Positions 1 to 11,330 of a stretch of 64,000 nt of DNA are shown in pieces. The translations under genes and the position numbers were made by a program. The stretch covers positions 291,772,001-291,836,000 of the forward strand of contig OZ024742.1 in the NCBI GenBank assembly GCA_964016885.1. The letters run 5' to 3'. The notes beneath the pieces are model-generated. The model had not been told where the DNA came from. It saw only the letters and a program-made list of their open reading frames with translations, and ran no database searches. This stretch comes from Eledone cirrhosa (Eukaryota). Every line of letters begins with the position of its first letter. Position 1 is the first letter of the stretch.

Positions 1-49
1 TTGATGATGATGATGATGATGATATATAAACAATAAAAATGATAATAAT

Positions 50-157
50 AATTGTTTCTACGTTAGGCACAAGGCCAGCAATTACCCAATGCATTACTGG
101 TACTTTATTTTATCGACCCCGTAAGGATGAAAGGCAAAGTTAAGCTCGGCGGGATTA
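50..157 (-). mobile_element. 5'-truncated tRNA-derived SINE (same family as 755-943)
   Basis: Reverse complement carries the core CTTTGCCTTTCATCCTTACGGGGTCGATAAAATAAAGTACCAG and the tail GCTGGCCTTGTGCCTAACGTAGAAACA, matching the copies at 755-943 and 11590-11773. Confidence 0.8.
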
Positions 158-290
158 AATGATAATAATAATAATAATGAAATTATTTTGTACAGTGCTC
201 AGGTGCATAACAGCTCATCAAAGGTGCATGTATAAACATGCATATATTATAAATCACTATAATTATAACAAAACATCTCATTAACTTCTT

Positions 291-1420
291 ATATGTAACA
301 ATTATTATTACTGTATAAACTGTTGTTTACTGGTCTGTTGTGGTATGGTGTTATATGTAACAATTATTATTACTGTATAAACTGTTGTTTACTGGTCTGT
401 TGTGGTATGGTGTTATATGTAACAATTATTATTACTGTATAAACTGCTATTTACTGGTCTGTTGTGGTATGGTATTATATGTAACAATTATTATTACTGT
501 ATAAACTGCTGTTTACTGGTCTGTTGTGGTATGGTGTTATATGTAACAATTATTATTACTGTATAAATTGACTGTTTACTGGTCTGTTGTGGTATGGTGT
601 TATATGTAACAATAGTTATTACTGTACAAACTGCTGTTTACTGGTCTGTTGTGGTATGGTGTTATATGTAACAATAGTTATTACTGTATAAACTGCTGTT
701 TACTGGTCTGTTGTGGTATGGTGTTATATGTAACAATAGTTATTAGTCTATAAATGGTGGTGGATTGGCAGTATCGGTAGAGGGTCTGACACCATGCTTT
801 GCAGCAAAGAGTTACAGCCCATTATGGTCTGAGTTCAAATCCCACCGAGGTTAACTTTGCCTTTCATCCTTACGGGGCCGATAAAATATAGTACCAGTAA
901 TACACTGGGATAATTGCTGGCCTTGTACCAAAAGTAGAAACAATTATTAGTCTATAAACTGTTGTTTACTGGTCTGTTGTGGTATGGTGTTATATATAAC
1001 AATTATTATTACTGTATAAACTGCTGTTTACTGGTCTGTTGTGGTATGGTGTTATATGTAACAATTATTATTAGTCTATAAACTGCTGTTTACTGGTCTG
1101 TTGTGGTATGGTGTTATATGTAACAATTATTATTACTGTATAAATTGACTGTTTACTGGTCTGTTGTGGTATGGTGTTATATGTAACAATAATTATTACT
1201 GTATAAATTGACTGTTTACTGGTCTGTTGTGGTATAGTGTTATATGTAACAATTATTATTACTGTATAAACTGCTGTTTACTGGTCTGTTGTGGTATGGT
1301 GTTATATGTAACAATTATTATTAGTCTATAAACTTACTTGTTTACTGGTCTGTTGTGGTATGGTGTTATATGTAACAATAATTATTACTGTATAAATTGA
1401 CTGTTTACTGGTCTGGTGTG
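291..1420. repeat. 62-63 bp minisatellite, ~15 units, interrupted by a SINE
   Basis: Unit TGTAACAATTATTATTACTGTATAAACTGYTGTTTACTGGTCTGTTGTGGTATGGTGTTATA starts at 294, 356, 418, 480, 542, 605 and so on. Confidence 0.95.
755..943 (+). mobile_element. Full-length tRNA-derived SINE (Meta/MESC-like central core) with 15-bp TSD
   Basis: A-box-like TGGCAGTATCGG, B-box-like GAGTTCAAATC and core GCCTTTCATCCTTACGGGGCCGATAAAA. TSD TTATTAGTCTATAAA at 740-754 and 944-958. The superfamily name is from memory of the motif. Confidence 0.85.
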
Positions 1421-1431
1421 GGAATGATGTT

Positions 1432-4430
1432 ATAATAATAATAATGATTTCTTCATTGGCCACAAGGGCTGACATCAAGAAAAACATTACAGACGGCACA
1501 GGACGGTGTGATGTGGGTTTTGTTCGTGTAAAGATTTTTATTATTTGTATAAGAAAAGAAAAAGACATAGAAACATATATATATATATAAACAATAAAAA
1601 TGAAAATTGAAACGATGAAAAATACCCCAATAGGGGGGAAACCTCCGAGGGTTACTCGTGGAGAAAACCACACAAAAAAACACAGCCACCCTGACCACCA
1701 AGGAAAGCGCCTTCTCTCAAACTACAGGCGTATATTCAGAGCAGTCCCATTCACTCGGACCATTCTCGCTACATTCACCCACCTTTCAACAAACTTGTTA
1801 GAAGGCACCACTTGCCTCTCCACCCTGATTTTTGGAAGTTATCTATAGGCCCTGGGCTGAAAGTTCTCCGGAAGAGAGCAAACAGCTGATCTTCTTCGAC
1901 ACCCAGAATCTCTCCGAGAATGCCATCGCTCTTCCCCTCCACTAGTCCTCTATAGAACGCCGAGGTAGATGTTCCACTGATACTGGTGCCCAGCTGGCAG
2001 AGGGCAGTGAGCGCCTGGAGACATTCCAGTTTCCAAGCGATTTCCCTTGGTCTTTTCCTGACCCAGCACTGCAGCTCCGTCAAGGAGACAAGCTGTGGGA
2101 AAACGTGCCTGGCGAACGGCGACCACACCTGTTCACCGTCAAGGAACACCAGAGATGTCGCAGCCTCAGCGCATGTTTGCGCATCATCAGCCATGGCATC
2201 CCCAGTCCTCCATGCAACGGGTGTTGACAGCAGATGGATCGTCTGACCATGGGAGCGCGTCCCTTCCACAAAAAGCGGAAGAGGAGGCGCTCCATTTTGG
2301 TGCGAGTTGGGTCGGGGCAAGGCACGACGGTGAGGCGGTAGCAGACGGATGTGATGTACGTATTCGCCACCTCCGCCCGGCCTTTCAGGGACAGCTTCGT
2401 CTCGGCCCATTTCTGGGTGAGGGAGGCCACCTTGCACGTCACCTCGCTTCAGTTTTTCTCCATCTGGAGGTCCGGTCCGAACCAGACCCCAAGCAATTTA
2501 ACCGGTCCGCCCATCCAACGCCCCAAGATGCTGTCGGATGGCATGGACTTGCCTCTCCAGGTGCCAAGCTGCAAGACTACTGACTTTTCCTGGTTTACCT
2601 TTGCTCCTGTCACCGTTTCGTATTCCTTGAGAGCGGTGCCGAGCATGTGGACGTGTCTGGTGCTTGACACCACAGGGGTGACGTCGTTGGCGTAAGCCGA
2701 CTCAGATTTCCTGCATCCTAGTTTGCGTGGGACGCTCCTCATCGCCCCCCAGTTTGTGCAGTAATGGCTCGAGAGCCAATACATACAAGAGGGACGAGAG
2801 GGGACAACCCTGGCGGACCGAGCGTATGATGCTGAACGGCTGCGACAGGTGACCGTTCACCCTCACAACTGAGCAGATGTCGGTCCCCGAAACCGGCTGC
2901 CTCGAGGACCGCTGCCAGGTACCGATGGTCGACCCTACCAAATGCTTTGGATTGATCCAAGTTGATCAACGCCCCACCCGTGCCATGTTCCTTAACCACC
3001 CTCTCTATGATGTATCACATGAAGTGGAGGTTGTCGTGTATGGATTTGTCCGGAATGGCGCATGTCTGCGCCTCTCCCACCAGACCCTTGACGACAAGCG
3101 CCAACATCGTTGCTAACACCTTGGCCAAAATCTTGAACTCTGCGTTTAGCAGGGTTATGGGCCTGAAATTATCGATAACATCCCCCTTGTTCGCGTCTTT
3201 TCTCAGCAGTGCCACCGCTCCCTGGCTCACAAAACTGGGACTGCTCCCGTTCTGCTACCAGTTGCAGTAGACATCTGCGAAGAGGTCACCGGAACAAGTC
3301 TGGCATAAATGCATAAAGCTTGTAGGGCAGACCATCCAAACCTGGCGATTTACCCCTCGTGCAGTTAGACATCGCTTCCCGTATTTCACCGGCTGTTATT
3401 GGCTTTTCACAACACTGCTGTGCGGTCGTCAAGATCCGAGGCATGCACTGAAGTCCATGCCCCGATCCGGCTCGCCGCTGCTCCTGAACAGTTCAGCAAA
3501 GTGCTGCTGAAAAGCTTCACACATCCGCTCGGGTTCGAGCAACACTCGACCATTTTGGTCAGACAAAGACCGAATTGTGGCTTTGTTGCCATGTCGTGCC
3601 TCTGCCACTCGGGCCCACTGGACGGCTTTTGTCCCCTCGTGTTTCAGAGCACGCGCTCTAGCTCTAACAACGCAGCCTTCGTGTTTTGCGTTGAAGAATT
3701 GGTCGAGTGCCAATCTCGCCGCAAGCATGTCGGTTGCGATGCCTGTCCTAAACGCCTCTTCTAGCTTTCTGACTAGCTCTCCCTCTACTCTATTTTCCTC
3801 TATCACTAGTCCTTTGCTAAACCTAATCGACTCTACTGTAATTGCTCTTTTCAGGGCGAACCACCACTTGTTGACGACCGCTCCCGTCAACGCCCGCTTA
3901 ACTAATACGGTCTCTGTAGGCTTTGCGCGCCGGAAAAGACGCGTTCAGCTTCCAGTAACCGGGCCCTTGTCTATGAAGTCTGCCTATGTCGATCTCACAG
4001 ATGACAAATTTGTGGTCTGTGTAGTCGACTATTTTAAATTATGGACAACTTATACTAGTCTTATCTAGTTCTCTGCAGAATACCTTATCTAGATACGATC
4101 TGGATGACCCGATGCGGTTTGTCCATGACCACATTGGCACATTCGGGTGATCCAGTCGATACCTGTCAGACAGTTCAAAACATCTGAGCAGGTTGGTGAG
4201 GCTCTTGCACCCTCCTCCCCTATCCACTAGCCCCACACAATCCCAGCCTGCGTCCAAGATATCGTTCCAGTCGCCCACTAACACTAAAGAGCGGGACATT
4301 CCAAGAAAGGTCTCTAGACGTCTGAAGAAATCTGGTCGTCCTGCACCCGTTGGGGCGTAGACGGCTACTTGCCTGAAAGCATTGCCTTCGCTGCCAGTCA
4401 CGTCCAGCACCACCAACTTACCTGGGTCTA
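1432..4430 (-). mobile_element. L1/Tx1-clade LINE, 5'-truncated and decayed, with (TTA)n tail
   Basis: Minus-strand fragments give APE endonuclease (VYAPTG, LVGDWN, SYLDKVF) and RT (GKSPGLDGLP region, NFRPITLLNAEFKILAKVL, LDQSKAFGRVDH, VRQGCPLS, AYANDV, KLLGVWFG). The 3' end reads CCTTGTGGCCAATGAAGAAATCATTATTATT. Confidence 0.92.
1722..4430 (-). pseudogene. LINE ORF2 (APE + reverse transcriptase) pseudogene
   Basis: Many frameshifts and stops across ORF pieces 4039-4416, 3429-3890, 3015-3230, 2739-2999, 2449-2784, 2080-2442 and 1775-2437. The YADD motif is mutated to YAND. The terminal peptide RVERQVVPSNKFVERWVNVARMVRVNGTALNIRL stops at 1722-1724. Confidence 0.9.
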
Positions 4431-4498
4431 GCCATGTTGGATGAGAAACGGGGCAAGTGAGATAGGGTCACTTACCTTGATCGTGTGGTGAAGGGACA

Positions 4499-4830
4499 TA
4501 ATAATAATAATAATAATGAAATTATTGCTCAGGTGCACTACAACTCATCAAAGGTGCATTTATAAACATGCATATATTATAAATCACTATAATTATAACA
4601 AAATATCTCACTAACTTATATGTATGTAACAATAATCATTACTGTATAAACTGTTGTTTACTGGTCTGTTGTGGTATGGTGTTATATGTAACAATAGTTA
4701 TTAGTCTATAAACTGTTGTTTACTGGTCTGTTGTGGTATGGTGTTATATGTAACAATAGTTATTAGTCTATAAACTGTTGTTTACTGGTCTGTTGTGGTA
4801 TGGTGTTATATGTAACAATAAACTGTTTTT
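4499..4830. repeat. Second copy of the (ATA)n + ~130-bp leader + 62-bp minisatellite block
   Basis: GCTCAGGTGCA...CTCATCAAAGGTGCAT...ATAAACATGCATATATTATAAATCACTATAATTATAACAAAA matches 160-290 and is followed by ~3 minisatellite units. Confidence 0.9.
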
Positions 4831-5008
4831 TATTGATCTGCTGCAGGTATTCCTTCAAATTCTTGAGAATTATATGGCAGTATCTTTTATTAGAAATATG
4901 GTAACAAAAACGTTAAGCAACATGCTTAGATACCCGAGACATAATGTTGGTTTAAGGGTTGAGGTGGCATATGTATGTTTGATATAGTGGGATTAGTCTT
5001 TATGTTAT

Positions 5009-5253
5009 CCCTTTTGTTACCATATTACTAATGTAACACACTGTCTATATTTTTCAAATCACTTTGAAAATAATCATGAATTTGGAAGTAGTTATGTAAT
5101 CTACCTTTCTCATTATTGCATTGGGGTTTAGAATCTAACTTAACAAAGGTAATTACATGAAATTATGATGAGAGATTTTTATATAAACAAAGTTTTTTTA
5201 TTTTTTTTATTGAAGAACTCAGGGCAGTTTCAGATGGTTTTGTATCTAAAAGG
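5009..5253. mobile_element. MITE family A (TTAA-associated, piggyBac-like non-autonomous element)
   Basis: Termini CCCTTTTGTTACCATAT ... GTATCTAAAAGG-TTAA. Related copies at 11020, 11213-12078, ~16355-16560, ~48600-48950, ~62150-62665 and ~63230-63860. Confidence 0.65.
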
Positions 5254-5585
5254 TTAACATTGAGAGAAGTGATTCTTAGTTGGGATAATAAATGAAGCCA
5301 ATGTGAATGTTGAGAGAGACTGGAGGTATTTTATGATGTTAGGTTTACCTATTAAGTAAAATATTATTGGTTTATATAGATCAGGTGAATAGTTAAGGTA
5401 CTGGGGCATGATAATTATATTATAGAGAAAGTCGATGAGAAGGGAAATATAGATTTATAACTTTTCAAAGAGAATTATTTTTTGTATTATGTAGCAGAGA
5501 AATATGAAAAACATTAGGACATAATTTGATCATTGTAATGCTATATGAACAGGTAGAGGAGAGAGCAAGAGGTATATGCCCATGC

Positions 5586-5714
5586 ACACACACATACATA
5601 CATATATATATATATATACACACACATATATACATATACATACACATAACATACATATATATATATATATATATATACACATACATACATACATACATAT
5701 ATATATATATACAC

Positions 5715-5747
<33 letters not shown>

Positions 5748-6306
5748 CACACACATACATACATATATATATATACACACATACATACATATATATATAT
5801 ACACACATACATACATATATATATATACACACATACATACATATATATATACACACACATACATACATATATATATACACACATACATACATATATACAC
5901 ACATACATATATATATACACACATACATACATATATATATACATACATACATACATATATATATACATACATACATATATATATATACACACACACATAT
6001 ATATATATACACACACATACATATATATATATACACACATACATATATATATATACACACATACATATATATATATACACACATACATATATATATATAT
6101 ACACACATACATACATATATATATATACACACATACATACATATATATATATACACACATACATACATATATATATATACACACATACATACATATATAT
6201 ATATACACACATACATACATATATATATATACACACATACATACATATATATATATACACACATACATACATATATATATACACACATACATATATATAT
6301 ATATAT
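5586..6306. repeat. Compound (TA)n/(CA)n/(CATA)n microsatellite, ~20-24 bp pseudo-period
   Basis: Repeated CACACATACATACATATATATATATA blocks. Confidence 0.97.
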
Positions 6307-6310
6307 AAAA

Positions 6311-9300
6311 TCCTCTCTAGTGATGGTGGCACAAATAAAAGCACCCAGTCCATGCTGTAAAGTGGTGCTGGTGTTAGGAAGGGCATCCAACCAGTGTATC
6401 AATGCCAAAGCGCTTATCAGCACAGCAACAAAACAGCATAGGAACAACAAGAAAATATGAAGACGTCGCATCTCAGAGTTGCAACACTTAATGTTGGCAC
6501 TCTCAGAGGTAGATCTGCTGAAATAGCGGAGATGCTGGAGAGAAGGCAGGTGGATGTGTGCTGCGTGCAAGAGGTGAGATGGAGAGGTGCCTCTGCGAGA
6601 CTAGTCGTAGGCAAGCGTCTTAGCTATAAGCTATTCTGGGTAGGTAAGGATGATGGGTTAGGGGGAGTAGGCATTTTCCTGGCTGAGAAATGGATCAATA
6701 AGACAATAGAGGTAGTTCGAGTTAGTAATCGAATAATTAAGCTTAGATTAGTTGTAGGTAGGAGACTACTGACAATCATCTCGGTCTATGCTCCCCAAGC
6801 AGGCCTAGGCAAAGATGAGAAAGACTGCTTTTATGAGCAACTTTTGCAAACAACCACAATGACAGAGGACGGAGACATCGTTATGCTAGCAGGAGACTTC
6901 AATGGTCATGTTGGACAGCTCCAGGATGGTTACACTGGGGTACATGGTGGGCACGGTTACGGTTCAAGAAATGAAGAAGGAGTGAGACTTCTTGAATTTT
7001 GTGATGCGAGTACATTGACTATTTGCAACACAAACTTCCAGAAACCTGCCAATCACCTAATAACCTACAAATCTGGTGAGCACATAAGCCAGATTGACTT
7101 CCTGCTAGTTAGGCAGCGGGACAGGCAGATAGTGTCTAATACCAAGGCATACCCTGGGGAAGAATGTACCCCACAGCATAGGTTAGTTGTTAGTGATATC
7201 TCAGTAAGCAAGAGATGGAATGAGACATATAGGAAGGTGTGGAGAAGACAGGTCTGGAAGCTAAAAGACCTTTCACTAAAATACAAATTTAGGAAAGCCC
7301 TTCAAGATGTATATGACGAAAAAGAAGACGATTTAGAGACGTATGACATAGATAATAACTGGAAGTTCTTACGTGACAACTTGCTGCAGGCTACTGATGA
7401 AACCTGTGGCTGGAGCAGAGCTCCAACCAGACAGAGAGTGACCTGGTGGTGGAACAGCACAGTAGATAAGGCTATTAGAGACAAAAGACTAGCATGGAAG
7501 GCTTGGAAAAAGGGTGGGAGTAGGGAAGAATATACAGCCACTAAGAGAGAAGCTAGACGTCAGGTGTACTTAGCACGCAGGGAGGCTGAGAATAGGAGGT
7601 TTGCCAATGTTCTGCGAGGGGAAGATCAGAGGCGTGCGGTGTTCCACATTGCAAGGCAGTGTGTCAATGCAAATCAGGATGTTGTTGGAGATAAATGTGT
7701 CCGGGATGATGCCGGTGTACTTAGTGTCACGAATGACCAGAAAAAGGAGGCCTGGAAATGTCATTATGAGAGACCGATGAATGTGGAGAACGAATGGGGG
7801 AGAGAGAAATTACCCTTGGTAGATCCGACAGAGGGACCAGCTATTGAGATTGACGAATATAGGGTCCAAGAGGCGATTAGGGAAATGAAAAATGGTAAGG
7901 TGGCCGGACCATCGGGAATAGTTGCTGAGATGCTGAAGGCATCAGGGGACGTAGGCACTAAACTGGTTGCACGCATCATCAATCAGGCTATATATGGTGG
8001 TGTCATACCCAAAGACTGTTGCAGCAGTATTCTCATAAATTGCTACAAAGGTAAAAGGGGATGCTTTGGAGAGGAGCAATTATAGGGTATAAAACTGATA
8101 GATCAGGTTATGAAAGTGGCAGAAAGGATTTTAGCACAACTAATTAGAGAAAGGGTCAAACTAGATGAGATGCAGTTTGGTTTTGTGCCTGGGAAGAGTA
8201 CAACAGATGCCCTCTTCTTGGTGAGACAAATGCAAGAGAGGTTCTTAGAGAAGAATAAGCCACTATACTTAGCCTTTGTTGACCTAGAGAAGGCCTTTGA
8301 TAGGGTACCCCGATCTGTCATCTGGTGGTCCCTAAGGAAGCTAGGTGTTGAGGAATGGCTTGTGAGGACAGTGCAAACTTTGTACAGAGGTACTCTCAGT
8401 AAAGTCAGGGTAGGAATGGAGTTTAGTGAGGAATTCCAGATACAAGTAGGAGTACATCAGGGTTCGGTCCTCAGCCCGCTCTTGTTCATTATAGTCCTCC
8501 AAGCCATAACAGAGGGGTTTAAGACTGGCTGTCCATGGGAACTTCTCTATGCTGATGATCTGGCTCTTATAGCAGAATCAGTAGAGGAGCTAGAGAATAA
8601 ATTCCGGCTATGGAAACAGCAGTTGGAAGCAAGAGGACTGAGAGTAAATCTAGCTAAGACAAAAGTGTTGATGAGTAGAAAAGAGGACAAAACCCTGATT
8701 CCGTCAGGGAAATGGCCATGTTCGATATGCAGAAAAGGAACTGGCATAAATTCTATAAAATGCACACAATGCAGGTCCTGGGTACACAAGAGATGTAGCG
8801 GGATAGCAGGCAAACTAACAGGTAGGGAGAAATATGTATGCAGTAGATGTACAGGGAAATTAGACAGTAGAAGTCGCATTGATAGACACATTTTTCAAAT
8901 GCAGGAGGGCGCTATAGAAGTGGTGGATAGCTTCCGGTACCTAGGAGATCAGATTAGCATGGGAGGAGGGTGTTCCGAGGCCATAGTATCTAGAATAAGG
9001 ACAGGTTGGAAGAAGTTTAGGGAGCTGCTTCCTCTGTTGACGAAGAAGGGTTTCTCCCTGCGTACGAAAGGCCGGTTGTATGATGCCTGTGTGAGGAGCG
9101 CGATGCTGCATGGTAGTGAGACATGGGCAGCAACTGCAGAGGATATGCGATGGCTGGAGAGAAATGACGCAAGCATGCTCCATTGGATATGCAGTGTAAA
9201 TATGCGTGAATGACTCAGCATGAATGTGTTGAGAGAGAAACTGTGTCCGAGAGGGATAAAATGTAGTGTACGGGAGAGGAGCCTGAGGTGGTATGGGCAT

Positions 9301-9535
9301 GTGTTGCGCATGGAGGATGACCGATGGGTGAAGAAGTGCCAGCAAATGCCAGTTGAAGGAAGACGTGGTAGAGGTAGACCACGAAAAACATGGGCGGAGG
9401 TGGTGAGAACAGATCTCAGATCACTGAAGCTCACGGTGGGGATGACGAAGGACCGTGACAAGTGGAGAGATGCTGTGCTGAATAAGACCCGTCCCACCCT
9501 TGTGAGCAGGGAAGAGCAGATGTAAAATGATGATG
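6311..9535 (+). mobile_element. Near-intact full-length RTE-clade LINE inserted in a TA microsatellite
   Basis: Short 5' UTR, a single APE-RT ORF and a (TGA)n tail at 9528-9536, with TA/CA microsatellite on both sides. Confidence 0.93.
6457..9525 (+). pseudogene. RTE ORF (APE endonuclease - RT with inserted PHD-type finger), two in-frame stops
   Basis: ORFs 6457-8085, 8110-9213 and 9220-9525 are all in the same frame. Motifs: ATLNVGTL, CCVQEVRW, SVYAPQ, AGDFNGHVG, SQIDF, QHRLV, QFGFVPGKSTTDA, FVDLEKAFDRV, GVHQGSVLSPLLF, LLYADD, FRYLG, RWYGHV, RGRGRPRKTW. Stops are TAG 8083-8085 and TGA 9211-9213. Confidence 0.92.
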
Positions 9536-9649
9536 ATATATACACACATACACACATATTCCTAACGATCGACTTTCGTCAAATCGGACCGAGGAAACAG
9601 TGTTTCCATTGGTCTTTCCAATTGCTAATACTATCTATCGGTCGCAACT

Positions 9650-9778
9650 CCAGGTAGAAGGAGCAACGTGAAATAAAGTGTCTTGCTCAAGGACATAACG
9701 CATCGCCCGGTCCAGGAATCGAACTCATAACCTCACGATTGCGAATCCAGTTCTCTAACCACTCAGCCACATGCCTTC
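9650..9778 (-). mobile_element. CORE-type tRNA SINE head fragment
   Basis: Reverse complement: AGGCATGTGGCTGAGTGGTTAG (A box), GAGTTCGATTCC (B box), TGTCCTTGAGCAAGACACTTTA (CORE-like). Same family as 25715-26190. Confidence 0.75.
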
Positions 9779-9797
9779 ACTATACATACATATATAT

Positions 9798-9841
<44 letters not shown>

Positions 9842-9854
9842 ATACATATATATG

Positions 9855-9989
9855 TGATGGTTGCCCCCTCGTTATCGAGTATGGCCATTGCACGAGAAAA
9901 AAAAAAAATTTTATAAATAAATAAAAAATAAAATAAAAATAAAACGAAATATATATATATATACATACACACATACACACATACATAAT

Positions 9990-10078
<89 letters not shown>

Positions 10079-10122
10079 TTATAATATACATATACACATA
10101 CACGCACACACATAAGCATATC

Positions 10123-10180
<58 letters not shown>

Positions 10181-10362
10181 AGCAACTAACACCGCTGCGA
10201 TCGAATGTGGCTTTTTAGCCCAGCCAATGATCTAAAATGTCTTGCACAGAGTCGGCAACCAAACATTCACTGGGAATAGTCGGCTGTGGTTGGAGTTTGT
10301 GTACTTTTGCATGTCGCTTGAGCCCTCCTGCTGATTTACATTCTCTACCACATGTTTGGCAA
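9855..10362 (-). mobile_element. 3' fragment of an RTE/BovB-like LINE split by microsatellites
   Basis: 10190-10362 encodes two C2H2-like motifs (CQTCGRECKSAGGLKRHAKVH; CRLCARHFRSLAGLKSHIRS). A probable tail GCAATGGCCATACTCGATAACGAGGGGGCAACCATCA lies at 9855-9890. Confidence 0.6.
9989..10178. repeat. (AAC)n and (CA)n microsatellites
   Basis: About 30 AAC units at 9989-10078 and a CA run at ~10125-10178. Confidence 0.97.
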
Positions 10363-10379
10363 CATATATATATACACAC

Positions 10380-10410
<31 letters not shown>

Positions 10411-10761
10411 TATATACACACACATACATAGAGAGAGGGGGAGTGAGAGAAAGAGTGAAAGAGAGATAGAAAATAAAAAGGGACAGATAGACAGAGTGAG
10501 AATCTATTGAAATGCACTTTAAACAAAAATAGATTGACTGTCGGAACTATTGGAGATGAATATATGTGGGTAGCCCTAGGTAATACCAGGTAGCCCCAGG
10601 TAATACTAGGTAACTCTGGGTAGCTCTAAGATATATCAGGTAGTAGCGGTAGTACTGTTAGTAGTGAGGTGGTAGTGGTGGTGGTACTGATAGTAGTAAT
10701 AACAGTGATGGTGGTGATAGTGGTAATAGTAGTAGTAACAGCAACTCTTTATCTTGAATCA

Positions 10762-10938
10762 TTATGAAGTGGAATGGTTGGGTAGACACAGCAGCCAATT
10801 ATTGGCAGAGAGTTTGGTAATTTCTATGACAGCATTGTGTCTTTGTGCAACATGCATAACTGCCATTGATTGTGCAGGACAACAGGTGCCAGCTATGCAT
10901 TTCTGGTTGATCTCACCTTCATTATGCACTAGCCTAGC
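10762..10938 (-). other. Candidate exon of an unidentified minus-strand gene
   Basis: Unique, higher-GC island preceded by ATATTCCTCTAG. Open frame ARLVHNEGEINQKCIAGTCCPAQSMAVMHVAQRHNAVIEITKLSANNWLLCLPNHSTS*. No homology recognised. Confidence 0.25.
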
Positions 10939-11330
10939 CTAGAGGAATATCTAACTATTGCAGTAATTTGTAAACCCCATATTAAACCTATTTAGATATT
11001 TTTTGGCCTCACTGTTTAACCCTCTTGATACCAACCCACCCAAAACCATCTCTTGTTCTATGAAACAAAACTACACATTTTAAAAGATTACTATATAAAT
11101 TAAAACCTTCCAACACAATTTTATATACAAACCTTTTATTAAGTTATGATAGAAATGCCATCTTAACAATGAAATGAAGAATTTTAGTAAATCTCTCCAA
11201 ATTCTTCATTAACCCTATTGAGACTAACCCACCCAAAACTGCCTGTTTCTATGAAATAAAACTACTTATTTTAACAGGTCCCTATTTGAATTAAAACTTT
11301 CCACCATAAATTGATATAAGAAAGTTTTAA

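Noticed and set aside
755-850. tRNA gene
   Set aside because: The A/B boxes belong to a SINE head. There is no cloverleaf, and it is followed by a SINE core and flanked by TSDs.
1986-4068. Plus-strand ORFs over the L1/Tx1 element
   Set aside because: Antisense shadows of the GC-rich ORF2, with no recognisable motifs.
5465-6570. Tyr/Ile/His/Cys-rich ORFs on both strands
   Set aside because: Translations of the TA/CA microsatellite.
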